Positions 40,554 through 49,582 of a DNA stretch of 64,000 nucleotides are shown here, piece by piece. Origin of the DNA: Candidatus Bathyarchaeia archaeon (GTDB taxonomy: Archaea; Thermoproteota; Bathyarchaeia; 40CM-2-53-6). The notes under the pieces were generated by a model. It was not told the DNA's origin, ran no database searches, and was given only the letters and a program-made list of their open reading frames with translations. The position numbers and the translations under genes are program-made. Numbering within the stretch: the first letter of the stretch is position 1; every line of letters begins with the position of its first letter. The DNA is taken from NCBI GenBank assembly GCA_049517415.1, contig JBEKSC010000002.1, forward strand, positions 64,001 through 128,000, given 5' to 3'.

Positions 40554-41277
40554 CACTTAGGGCTTTGGCATATTTGTCGAATTCAATTGCAGGAACGGTT
40601 CCCAGTATCTGAAGCCGAGAAAGAAGAGTGAGGAAGAGAAAGATCAGAGAAGACTCTGGAGAACTGATTCCAATTTTGGGGCTTGAATCGGAATAATCGA
40701 TATCAAAGCTCCCGTGACGTAGCGCGCAACCGAAGTCAATTCGTTCCTCTTTCTTAAGTGCACTAACCGCACCTTGAAACTTTTCACCAAACGGTGGGTT
40801 CCAATCACTTTCCAGTGCAACAACGCCGGCAGGTATTTCGAAAAGCTCTCGGGGTGCAAAAACCCCCCCGGCGTGAGGTATTTTTGCGCTCGTACGTCGA
40901 AGCCGTCTTACAGAAGCCGCCTTTTTGCCTGCATATTCAATGTAGGCCTTATCCAGTTTTGGTTTGACTTCGATTATACTGTAGACGCTCTCAGCGGAAA
41001 CGTACAATGCTCCTTCATGGTTTAGCAGAAACGGGGAATACTGAGAATCGAAGATTACAATGTCGATTTGCTCGCTCAGCTGGCTATCCGAGTCCACTAC
41101 GAAGGCCTTCTCTACTTGGTACCTCTTTGGAAGATACTTCTTTAGCATGTCTATCCAACTCATCTCAGTGGCTTCGCCTTTACCAGTGGGATGAGGAATC
41201 TCTTGGGTTGTCGAGAGAGAGGCTTCCATCTCTTTCTGCAGTTTCAAGAATAGTGCACGTAAATCAACGGTTGGCAT
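40546..41277 (-). CDS. nucC: CBASS effector endonuclease NucC
   Basis: HPTGKGEATE..WIDML..YLPKRYQ...AFVVDS...SEQIDIVIFD.QYSPF, AESVY..IEVK, ASVRRL.RTS..IPHAGG, ESDW.P, LQ..GTVP.I; matches recalled E. coli NucC end to end. Confidence 0.92.
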   Translation of the reverse strand: MPTVDLRALFLKLQKEMEASLSTTQEIPHPTGKGEATEMSWIDMLKKYLPKRYQVEKAFVVDSDSQLSEQIDIVIFDSQYSPFLLNHEGALYVSAESVYSIIEVKPKLDKAYIEYAGKKAASVRRLRRTSAKIPHAGGVFAPRELFEIPAGVVALESDWNPPFGEKFQGAVSALKKEERIDFGCALRHGSFDIDYSDSSPKIGISSPESSLIFLFLTLLSRLQILGTVPAIEFDKYAKALSVK

Positions 41278-41282
41278 TCATT

Positions 41283-42044
41283 TCACCGAATAATCTGGTT
41301 CCAGTTTGTGCTCCTCAAAGCTGTTCGAGCAGCATTCGCAATAGTAGTTTTCTCTGTCGAGGTTATGTCGTCAGAAACCGCGTTATTTGAATTGGCTGGA
41401 TCTACAAGACGCGCACTCGGGAAGGTGTTGACAAAGTAATCAAAAACGCTGAAGACATTCGCAGCAACTTGATTCCTGTTGTATCCATGCAGAGCCTCCA
41501 AAACGGCCAATTCAAGAAGGAGGGATGGAAATTCCAGATTATTCAAGTTACGCCAAATCTTTAGGGCTTTGATTTCATCGATCCTGCCGGAGTTACTGAT
41601 TAGGTTGATGTGCGTTTGAACATTCGTCTGTGTCCATGTTTGTGTCCTGTTTCTGAAAAGGCTGTGGTCATTAGTATTGCCACTCTGCTTTCTTGCAGGA
41701 ATTAGATCCACAGAAATCCCAGAGTATCGTACATTTATTGACACGTTTTGCTTGTGCGGTGAAAGATTTTGGTTGGTCAAGAAATTAAACAAGTGGTCAT
41801 AGATTTCTTTCAGGGTCCCTGGTGTGCTTGGATCCAACGAAATGAAGAGATCAACATCAGTAGTTCCTCTGATTCCCGTATTCTTGGCATATGAGCCTGA
41901 GAAGGAAACGTCGAGAAGCGCTTTTCCTGCCCACGTTTGGATTATCGGATATACTTGTTGCGCAACTCTATAAGATGGAGAACTAGGACCGGTCGAAACG
42001 CTGTAATTTGAGATAACTGACAACACATATTCGTCAGGGGTCAA
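41283..42044 (-). CDS. CBASS cyclic oligonucleotide synthase (CD-NTase / SMODS)
   Basis: SGSYAKNT, TDVDLF, QNVSI, VDLIPA, KALKIWR, FPSLLLEL, DPANSNN; 5 bp upstream of nucC; likely TTG start at 42044. Confidence 0.9.
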   Translation of the reverse strand: MTPDEYVLSVISNYSVSTGPSSPSYRVAQQVYPIIQTWAGKALLDVSFSGSYAKNTGIRGTTDVDLFISLDPSTPGTLKEIYDHLFNFLTNQNLSPHKQNVSINVRYSGISVDLIPARKQSGNTNDHSLFRNRTQTWTQTNVQTHINLISNSGRIDEIKALKIWRNLNNLEFPSLLLELAVLEALHGYNRNQVAANVFSVFDYFVNTFPSARLVDPANSNNAVSDDITSTEKTTIANAARTALRSTNWNQIIR

Positions 42045-42309
42045 GAGATTGCAACTCTGTTCAGTCTCTAATTGTGCGACGACTGCATTTGGCTCTTTTG
42101 TAATCTTGAAGGGTATACAACTACCAAGCGGTTCTTCTCCTTGAGAAGACGAGAAGTTGTTAGAATACATCTCCGACTCCAGCGGTGTGTTGGAGACTAT
42201 CTGCCAGACGCCAGGAACGAAACGGTTGAGGACTTCTCGAAGAATTCAGCGGAAGTTAAGATCAGAGTCTCCTGAAAGGATGAGAGACAATAGCGGTTCT
42301 CAGATTCTG

Positions 42310-42921
42310 CTAGTAGGCCTTTTGTGAGAGCTCTTCCAAAGTTTTATGGAAACTCTGGTATTCTTGCATGCCTTTTTGATATAGACGCTTGCTGATCTCT
42401 TCTGTAATCTCCTCGCCCGCATTTTTCCTAATGAGGCATAAGTCGAGCAGAGTATGAAGCCACGGACGCATGAATACTTCAACCAAATTGTCCAGGCGTT
42501 GATGCGCGTCCTTACCGCTGCGAACGGAGCTACATACTAGAGCAGGAAGAGATGCTGCAAGAATCATGACATAAGCCCTGATCGCTTTTCTTTCTAGCTC
42601 AGCGGACTCATTCCCTACTCGAAGTGAATTGAAATGAGGTTTGAAGGATTCTGCTTCGTGATATAGTAACATAGAATGAACGATTTGATGATAGAGGGTT
42701 TGATATGGTTCCTTGTATGCGGCGTACTTCCTGTCAGTCTCCTTGTGATAGATCCAATCGCTTTTTTGCAGATCACGTAAGTACTGCGAAAGGATGGTTG
42801 CTGAGAAACCTGTTTCACGCTTCAACTCACCCCATGTCGCTTCCTTTTCTAGCAAAATTTGATAGATCTTAATGGCCCCTCTCCAAAGACCTTGTGCGCT
42901 CTTCTGGACCATGTGCCGCAT
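42310..42921 (-). CDS. winged-helix transcriptional regulator
   Basis: ATWGELKRETGFSATILSQYLRDLQKSDWI. Confidence 0.75.
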   Translation of the reverse strand: MRHMVQKSAQGLWRGAIKIYQILLEKEATWGELKRETGFSATILSQYLRDLQKSDWIYHKETDRKYAAYKEPYQTLYHQIVHSMLLYHEAESFKPHFNSLRVGNESAELERKAIRAYVMILAASLPALVCSSVRSGKDAHQRLDNLVEVFMRPWLHTLLDLCLIRKNAGEEITEEISKRLYQKGMQEYQSFHKTLEELSQKAY

Positions 42922-42925
42922 CCCT

Positions 42926-42955
42926 AGATAAGTTACTAAACTAACTAGCTTATCT
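42926..42955. promoter_or_regulatory. inverted repeat (putative operator) between divergent regulators
   Basis: AGATAAG-N16-CTTATCT. Confidence 0.5.
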
Positions 42956-42956
42956 C

Positions 42957-43196
42957 ATGCATAAGCGTTGCGCATCTGTTGTTCAGGCGAGATGTAAGGT
43001 GTCCAGAACCAAACATTTGGTCTACTGGAATGTTCCAGTACCAAAGCCGCTTGACAAAGCTGTAGAAGACGCAGTCGAATATGATTCGCACGTTTCAAAA
43101 AGCGACTTGATCCGCGAAGCTGTCAGAGAGAAGCTCGAGAAAATGGGGGTCAAAGTGGTTGTCATCCAAGCTTCTGGAGGGGAGAAGCGTCAGTGA
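42957..43196 (+). CDS. ribbon-helix-helix (CopG) protein
   Basis: WNVPVPKPLDKAVEDAV....SKSDLIREAVREKL. Confidence 0.8.
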   Translation: MHKRCASVVQARCKVSRTKHLVYWNVPVPKPLDKAVEDAVEYDSHVSKSDLIREAVREKLEKMGVKVVVIQASGGEKRQ

Positions 43197-43368
43197 AGAG
43201 GTGTACGACCATTTGCCTCGATGGCGCCGTATCGTTCACGATTTGGCCGTCGAAGCTGGCCTCAAAAAATTCGTGAAGCCATCAGACAGTGACATTGGTA
43301 AATCAAGCGGTAGTTCCGACTCTTCTGCTTCCGAAAACCAACCTGACGGCACGGAGAGTGCGACATGA

Positions 43369-43614
43369 TTGCATAAGAAAGGACAAGAGAGTACGCGTCC
43401 ATCGATCAATCACTACTTGAAAGGCAACGTAATGCTGACCAGAAAAGCCGTTCTTAGACCCTATGAGAGTTGCACGGTGAGTTTGATGTTAGAATTCGCC
43501 CTGAATGAGTCCGATCACGTCACAGAGAGTCAGAAGCTGATGAATTTGATCGACCAGATCGTTGGGATGGCGAAGGAAAAATGGGGTCCAGAAACAAGGC
43601 TAGCATTTCGATGA
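43369..43614 (+). CDS. small hypothetical mobile-element protein
   Basis: 81-aa ORF in a tightly packed run of small co-oriented ORFs. Confidence 0.5.
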   Translation: MHKKGQESTRPSINHYLKGNVMLTRKAVLRPYESCTVSLMLEFALNESDHVTESQKLMNLIDQIVGMAKEKWGPETRLAFR

Positions 43615-43790
43615 CGTTCACAAAATACACAGGCAGACACGCGAAAATGGAAAGAACAGTGCAAGTCAGATTCAGTGCTGACAAGTCTTCGTTCATCGAG
43701 ATCGCCTCAAGGGCGATTAAGATTCTCAACGACTACGTCACATATGCGAGACTAAGGCGCAGACGCTGATGAAAGACTGAGTGCAGGATC

Positions 43791-44972
43791 TTGGCGAAGA
43801 ATAGACGGTCAAAATGCCGTCCGAAGAGGGTTACAAATCTAAATCGATATAGAGGGAACGCAGAGGAAACAGCGGGAAAGGCAGAGGGTCGAACCAACAA
43901 TCCTTGGCCTGAAGTGGGCGAACCGCTCGACTACGATTCTGATGAGTACTTATACCGAAAGGTTCGCGATTTCATCCATAATCATATCGATATTGCCAAC
44001 GAATCATGGTACGATGTCCTATCGTGCTTTGTGATGGAGACTTGGATATATTACAGGTTCAATACGGCTCCTTACGTAGCCTTCATAGGCGAAGTGGAAA
44101 CCGGCAAGACAGATGCCTTGATGACTCTGAGTCGGCTATGTCGAAAGGGCATCGTTATCGATCGTCCTACGAGCGGCAGCTTATCCAGGCTTACGTCAAA
44201 AGAAGAACCGACGATACTTCTCGACAACGTTGACAAAATCACGAAGGGAGATCAAATTGACATAGCCTCTATTCTCGAGTCCGGATACAAGAAAGGAATC
44301 AAGATACCGAGAACGGTCGGTTGGCAGAGTGCAGACTACGGTTTGCTCATGCTAAATATATTCGGTCCAAGGGCTTTCGCTGCAAATAGAGAGTTCACGG
44401 AGAAATCAATGCAGAGCCGATGTCTTACGATACCCATGAGCAAGAACGTGAGAAAAGTAGAACGCCCAATTAATGAACAAAGCGCGCATGAACTCAGACG
44501 CATGCTGCTTATGTGATCTCAAAGACACAGAAATGATCACTTCTCACAACCTGATTTCACGCGCTTCAAGAGCAGCAGGCTTTGCGAGATAATGCACCCG
44601 CTGTTTTCCGTCGCCCCTACCGACGCAGCGAAATGAGCCCTAGCAAAGATTGGCGAGAGTGAGGATACCGAACGCGAATCTGAATCTGGAAACAGTCTGG
44701 ACAGTGACACCGTCAAGGCGATTGTTCAGCTTGCCGGAATTGAGAGCGAAAAGTCGTTCACTATCCAAGATGTAAGAAGACCTTTACAGGCTCAAGGTTA
44801 CGCAAACGACATAATCAATGACCAAAAAATCGGCCGAATGCTTAAGGAATTGGGGTGCATGCGCGTTCGCAAGGGTTCAGGTAGCAATAGGAGACGTTCC
44901 TACATACTCCCGAAAAGGAACCGTAGAAGGCTGATTTTCGCCTACGGAATCAGAGACTCGGATGCAGCTTAA
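43791..44972 (+). pseudogene. replication-associated P-loop protein (DUF3631-like) with two in-frame TGA stops
   Basis: TWIY..F...PY..F.GEVETGKT, TILLDN, ILESGYKKG, SRC..IPM; the frame continues past TGA 44514-44516 and TGA 44634-44636 to a C-terminal wHTH-like IGRMLKELG and TAA at 44972. Confidence 0.72.
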
Positions 44973-45060
44973 CTGTTCCATAAAGAAATGCTAACTAGGG
45001 CTGAAAGGCTCAACTCCATTCGCAAAGACTTTGCCATCCAAGGTGGATACCTACCTTAAG

Positions 45061-45490
45061 GACGTCCATGACGTCCAAGATGTCCACGATTCAAGAGAAT
45101 AGCCCGCTCAAGGTAACAACACCGTGTCAAAATATGAGATCCCCCATCATGAAATCCACCATTTTGAACCGCCTTGCCGCTCGCCGCCTGTTTTGGGCTG
45201 AAGATTAAGCTGCTGTTTAACGGCTGTTGCTGTTTTGGTTCGTAGGCATAACCTAACTTCCGAGACCGCGGGTATCGCGGCGAGCTAGGATTAGTTTTAA
45301 TTTTAAGATTAACCGCTAGTCTAAATTGTAATATCAAGCCGCCGAGTAATCTCTTACTTCAAATCAGAAACAGTAGCCAGTCACAGGCGGCGAAGGCGAG
45401 CGGCGGTGCAGGCATGGGGATTTCGGAACTGGGATTCGCTATTTCAGAAGCTATGGGCAATGGGCCAGTATCATGGACATCGTGGACATC
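45061..45490. repeat. inverted clusters of 9-bp GAYGTCCAH repeats around an AT-rich core (putative origin)
   Basis: three copies at 45061-45087 and two inverted copies at 45473-45490. Confidence 0.6.
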
Positions 45491-45721
45491 GCGGGCGGTA
45501 AGTCACACCAAAGATAATATCCAAAGTGTGTCAGCAACAGCAAGCAATCTCGCTCCTTCCCGAAGTCTTCTCCGCTAAACCCAAGCAATGTAATGGTGGG
45601 GCAGCTGGGATTTGAACTACAGATGCTAACCATGGCAACTGAAGCGCCTTCTCCAAAAGGCTCCACAGTCTAGCCCACATCTTTATGTGCAGTTGCCACG
45701 AACCCCTCCCCGGGACATGCG

Positions 45722-47698
45722 TTGTCAAAACAGCAGTCTCTGACCACGCCTTGGGATCCGCTGTCAGAAGAGGTAGACCAAGAAATATATGGTGCCACCC
45801 TTAAGCGTGAAATCAAGAACATCATCAAATCCTACACTGGATGGTTCGATCCTCTATCCGAGCTTATCCAAAATGCACTTGACGCGGTCGATGAACGCAA
45901 GCGTATCGAGAAGGACTTCTTGCCTAAGCTGTGGATAGAAATCAATTTGAAAGACAATTACGTGTGCGTAACCGATAACGGAATAGGTTTCACTGAGACA
46001 CAATTTAGGAGCTTCCTCCGCCCCAATGTATCCTTCAAGGGTGGTGGTACTCGCGGAGACAAGGGAGTAGGTGTAACTTATCTTGCATATGGATTTAATT
46101 CTCTTCAATTAGGAACGAAAACAAGTGACTTTTCGTACGTCGGAGATATCAAGGGTGGAAGAGAATGGGTAGAGGATGAAAAGAACATTAAACCGCGCCC
46201 AACAGTGCGCGCTTCCACGCCTATTCACAGCGCTTTCGGAGGAATCGATCGCGGCTCCACTTTCTGCCTGAGACTGACGGGAGATTACATTCGACCAAGT
46301 AATCTAACTTGGTCAGGAGCCGAAACTTGTGATCAATGGGAGACGATTCTTAGGATCAAGACTCCTCTAGGCGGCACATATCTTGATCGACCGAAGACTG
46401 AGACTGTTTGCGTCCTGAAGGTCGTCAACACAGGTGGAACGTATCAGGAGAAGACTGTCAAGAATTGTGAATACTATTACCCACACACTGTAGTCAGCAC
46501 GTGTGTTGATTTGAGAGACATCATAAGAACTCAAACAGAACTTACCGCGAAGGGAAAGAGCGTTACCAAACTGCCCGAACACTTTTACAAGCTTAATGGC
46601 ATTTACTCGTTTTGGAGTAATGCCGATCTCGTCAGCGGAAAAGGTCTCCCGCTTAATTTGAAGGACCCCGAGAAAGAACTGATCAAGAAATACGGCATTT
46701 CAGCGTACGGATTCTTCACATACACTGTTGACGTGTGGGACGAATTCAACGACAATATCGTTAAACTGAGAAAAGGCATGAGAATCATGCGCGGCGGATT
46801 ACAACTAGCAACGAACGGGATGCCACAAGGCGAATTGATTCTAATACCGCTCACTCGAAACATTGGATATCAACACAACTCGCATGTACTTGTCCACTTT
46901 GCTCTCGCTGAACCAGATCTTGGCAGAAAAGGGTTCCAACCTGAACTTGAAGAGTTGGCCGAAAGAATTGCGGTATCTATCGTTGAGCTTCTCCTAGACT
47001 GGAAATCCCATCTAAAGTCAACTACTGGCGTCACCCCCCAAATCACTCAAGACAAAGAGATTCACACTTGGAAATCCGAAATGGAACAACATGAGAAGAC
47101 CTCGCCTCTGATAATCAATAGAAAAGACATCTTTCTCCCGACGAATGAGGTTGCTCTCACAGCTACACCGATGGTCGAACAAGACGTTGTCTCGCTTTTC
47201 AATCAGCTTCTAGCGGGAGGTGTGATAAGAGGAATAAAGCTGATGTCAGCGAGCCAGCATAAGCAATACGATGGCCTGTGGAAGGGCTATATGAAGAAAC
47301 CATTTGAGCATTACCTGTTTGATAAGGGAAAGAATCCCCTAGGTGTCGACCAAGCAACTCCGACCGAATTTGAGTCGCCCCCTTACGTCTTGGAGTACAA
47401 ATACAACTTCGACGCTTTGCTCGAAGAGATCGAACAGGGCGAAAAAGATCCATCAGCAATCGGCCTAGTCGTCTGCTGGGAGATGGGAGACAGTTGGAAG
47501 AAGAAATACAGTGTCACACCGCTCCTTCACTTCTCGAATCTTCAGCATAGGGACGTTCACGGAGTAACACATTTGATCCAAGATGCGGCGACAGGGAAGT
47601 ACACTATTCGAGCAGTCATTTTGAAAGAACTCATTGAATTCCTCAACGATCCTGACGGTGTGCAGGATTATCAGAAGCAGAAATACATGGAAGATTAA
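45722..47698 (+). CDS. GHKL (MORC/Hsp90-like) ATPase with a C-terminal PD-(D/E)xK-like nuclease domain
   Basis: ELIQNALDA, DNGIG, GDKGVG, GST; C-terminal EQDVVSLF...YDG...VLEYK...VVCWE. Confidence 0.78.
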   Translation: MSKQQSLTTPWDPLSEEVDQEIYGATLKREIKNIIKSYTGWFDPLSELIQNALDAVDERKRIEKDFLPKLWIEINLKDNYVCVTDNGIGFTETQFRSFLRPNVSFKGGGTRGDKGVGVTYLAYGFNSLQLGTKTSDFSYVGDIKGGREWVEDEKNIKPRPTVRASTPIHSAFGGIDRGSTFCLRLTGDYIRPSNLTWSGAETCDQWETILRIKTPLGGTYLDRPKTETVCVLKVVNTGGTYQEKTVKNCEYYYPHTVVSTCVDLRDIIRTQTELTAKGKSVTKLPEHFYKLNGIYSFWSNADLVSGKGLPLNLKDPEKELIKKYGISAYGFFTYTVDVWDEFNDNIVKLRKGMRIMRGGLQLATNGMPQGELILIPLTRNIGYQHNSHVLVHFALAEPDLGRKGFQPELEELAERIAVSIVELLLDWKSHLKSTTGVTPQITQDKEIHTWKSEMEQHEKTSPLIINRKDIFLPTNEVALTATPMVEQDVVSLFNQLLAGGVIRGIKLMSASQHKQYDGLWKGYMKKPFEHYLFDKGKNPLGVDQATPTEFESPPYVLEYKYNFDALLEEIEQGEKDPSAIGLVVCWEMGDSWKKKYSVTPLLHFSNLQHRDVHGVTHLIQDAATGKYTIRAVILKELIEFLNDPDGVQDYQKQKYMED

Positions 47699-47967
47699 GT
47701 TCTAAAATCGTGCGTGCCTCTGAAGTGTTCGTCGCAGTAAAAAACCTCCGATATGTAGAGTTTCAGCCTAGCGACTTTTCGTTCGCAATCTCGGAAATCA
47801 CAGAATTTCATGAATTAGAAAGGGGATTTGTAAGAAGAAAAATCTCGGGAGCTCGTAGGCTCCTTGCGCTACATATGCTAGCAGTAGCAAAATTGATTTA
47901 GTGATCTGATGAATTCTCTAGCTCACAGAGGATTACTAGATATTGCCATTGTAATGGGTGCGGACAT

Positions 47968-48933
47968 ATGAGAGCACTTGACCTTTTTTGTGGTGCAGGT
48001 GGTCTCTCTTTGGGATTCAAGAAGGCCAAGTTTGAAGTAACAGGCGTGGACGTAAATAATGCAGCCAAAGAGACATTCGAACTGAATAGGATTGGCAAGT
48101 TTATCACAGCGGACCTTTCAAGCGAAACAATCGATGGGGATTATGACATAATATTAGGCGGACCACCGTGCAAACCTTGGGCAACAATTAACACAACACG
48201 AAGGGGCAGTTATCATCCGGATTACAAGCTCCTGACTCGGTTCTTTGATCATGTCATAGCTGCAAAGCCGCGCGCATTTCTGATGGAGAACGTCCCCACT
48301 CTGCGGAACCAACTGATCCTCAAGAGACAACTAGAAAGAGTCCGTGAAGTTGGGTACACATTTGTCAGTCAGTCAATAAGATATAGTGAATTCGGCGCAC
48401 CAACGAGTAGACGTCGCCTAATGATTTTCGGAGCGAGAAAGGGAGATAGGAAATGTAATGGCCAGATGAACAAAGCAGAACGTTTCTTCAAGAATCTTAC
48501 GTCGCAGCAGACTGACCCAACAACTGTACGGAATGCGATCTGGTACCTTCGCAACAAAGGCAAGAATGAAGCACCAGATCATCAATGGCCGGACCTGAAA
48601 ACTATTGACAAATACCGTAAGTTTTATGAGACGGGTAAGTACGGCTGGTACATTCTCAAATGGAACGAACCCTCGCATTCATTTGGTAATGTTCTGAAGA
48701 CATACGTTCTTCATCCTGATTCCTTCAACGGAGGAATTACGCGAGTAATTTCTGTAAGAGAAGCCTGGCGGCTGCTAGGATTCAACAAAGGTTTCAGATT
48801 GCCACAGAAAATAGGAATGGAAATGAAGTACCAACTGGCGGTCGACGCAGTCAGTCCCTGTTTCTCTTGGCGGGCAGCAAGAGCTGCCAAGGAGGTGCTG
48901 AATCCAGATGACTCGAGGGATGACTTCAACTAA
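47968..48933 (+). CDS. C5 cytosine DNA methyltransferase (DrmMII-like)
   Basis: DLFCGAGG, GGPPC, MENV, RRR, RVISVREA.RL.GF. Confidence 0.94.
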   Translation: MRALDLFCGAGGLSLGFKKAKFEVTGVDVNNAAKETFELNRIGKFITADLSSETIDGDYDIILGGPPCKPWATINTTRRGSYHPDYKLLTRFFDHVIAAKPRAFLMENVPTLRNQLILKRQLERVREVGYTFVSQSIRYSEFGAPTSRRRLMIFGARKGDRKCNGQMNKAERFFKNLTSQQTDPTTVRNAIWYLRNKGKNEAPDHQWPDLKTIDKYRKFYETGKYGWYILKWNEPSHSFGNVLKTYVLHPDSFNGGITRVISVREAWRLLGFNKGFRLPQKIGMEMKYQLAVDAVSPCFSWRAARAAKEVLNPDDSRDDFN

Positions 48934-49582
48934 GCGTGCTGAGTTTAGAGAAAAACTTCTGGTATGGTGGAAAGATAATAGGAGAAATTATCCATGGAGA
49001 GATACTCGGAACCCGTACAGAATACTCGTATCTGAGATTTTCCTGCATCGCACGAGAGCAGATCAAGTAGCTCCTGTTTACACTGAGTTCATCAAAGAGT
49101 TTCCGACTGTTCAACATCTGTCGAAGGCAAGACAAGCCCAAGTGACGAGAATACTTCGTCCTCTTGGGCTGATCTGGAGAAACAAACTCCTCAAACCACT
49201 GGCCAGGGAAATTGTTTCTTCTCACAATGGCAGGATTCCTTCCACAACATCGCAGCTGGAATCACTGCCTGGAGTCAGCAAGTACATAGCGGCTGCCGTG
49301 AGTTGTTTTGCTTTCGGGAATGTGGAACCACTACTGGATACAAACACCGTGAGAATTCTGGGAAGAATGTTCGGTTTAATCGTCAATGACGGCTCGAGAA
49401 GGAGCGACAAGTTCTCAGAAATTTATACGTCACTGATTAAAGTCGACGAACCTCGATACTTCAATTATGCAATGGTCGATTTGGGTGCTCTCGTCTGCTC
49501 AGCGAGAGACCCCGCATGTCAAATTTGTCCGGTGAACGATATGTGCAATTACGGAATATCAAGGTTAGGTAGATCCAAGTGA
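48908..49582 (+). CDS. HhH-GPD DNA glycosylase, MIG/TDG-type T:G mismatch glycosylase
   Basis: PWR.TRNPY, SEIFLHRT, PLGL, LPGVSKY, LDTN, C..RDP.C..CP....C; lacks the MutY C-terminal domain. Confidence 0.82.
   Translation: MTRGMTSTKRAEFREKLLVWWKDNRRNYPWRDTRNPYRILVSEIFLHRTRADQVAPVYTEFIKEFPTVQHLSKARQAQVTRILRPLGLIWRNKLLKPLAREIVSSHNGRIPSTTSQLESLPGVSKYIAAAVSCFAFGNVEPLLDTNTVRILGRMFGLIVNDGSRRSDKFSEIYTSLIKVDEPRYFNYAMVDLGALVCSARDPACQICPVNDMCNYGISRLGRSK

Noticed and set aside
44514..44636. TGA recoding (Sec/Trp) in the rep gene
   Set aside because: TGA terminates many intact genes here (for example drmC), I saw no SECIS-like element, and the integrase is broken too; pseudogenisation is simpler.
45722..47698. 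Hsp90, MutL, topoisomerase VI B or histidine kinase
   Set aside because: Only the GHKL boxes are shared; the nuclease-like C-terminus and defence context argue against these.
48908..49582. mutY annotation
   Set aside because: It lacks the MutY C-terminal domain and signature residues; the context and motifs fit MIG/TDG.
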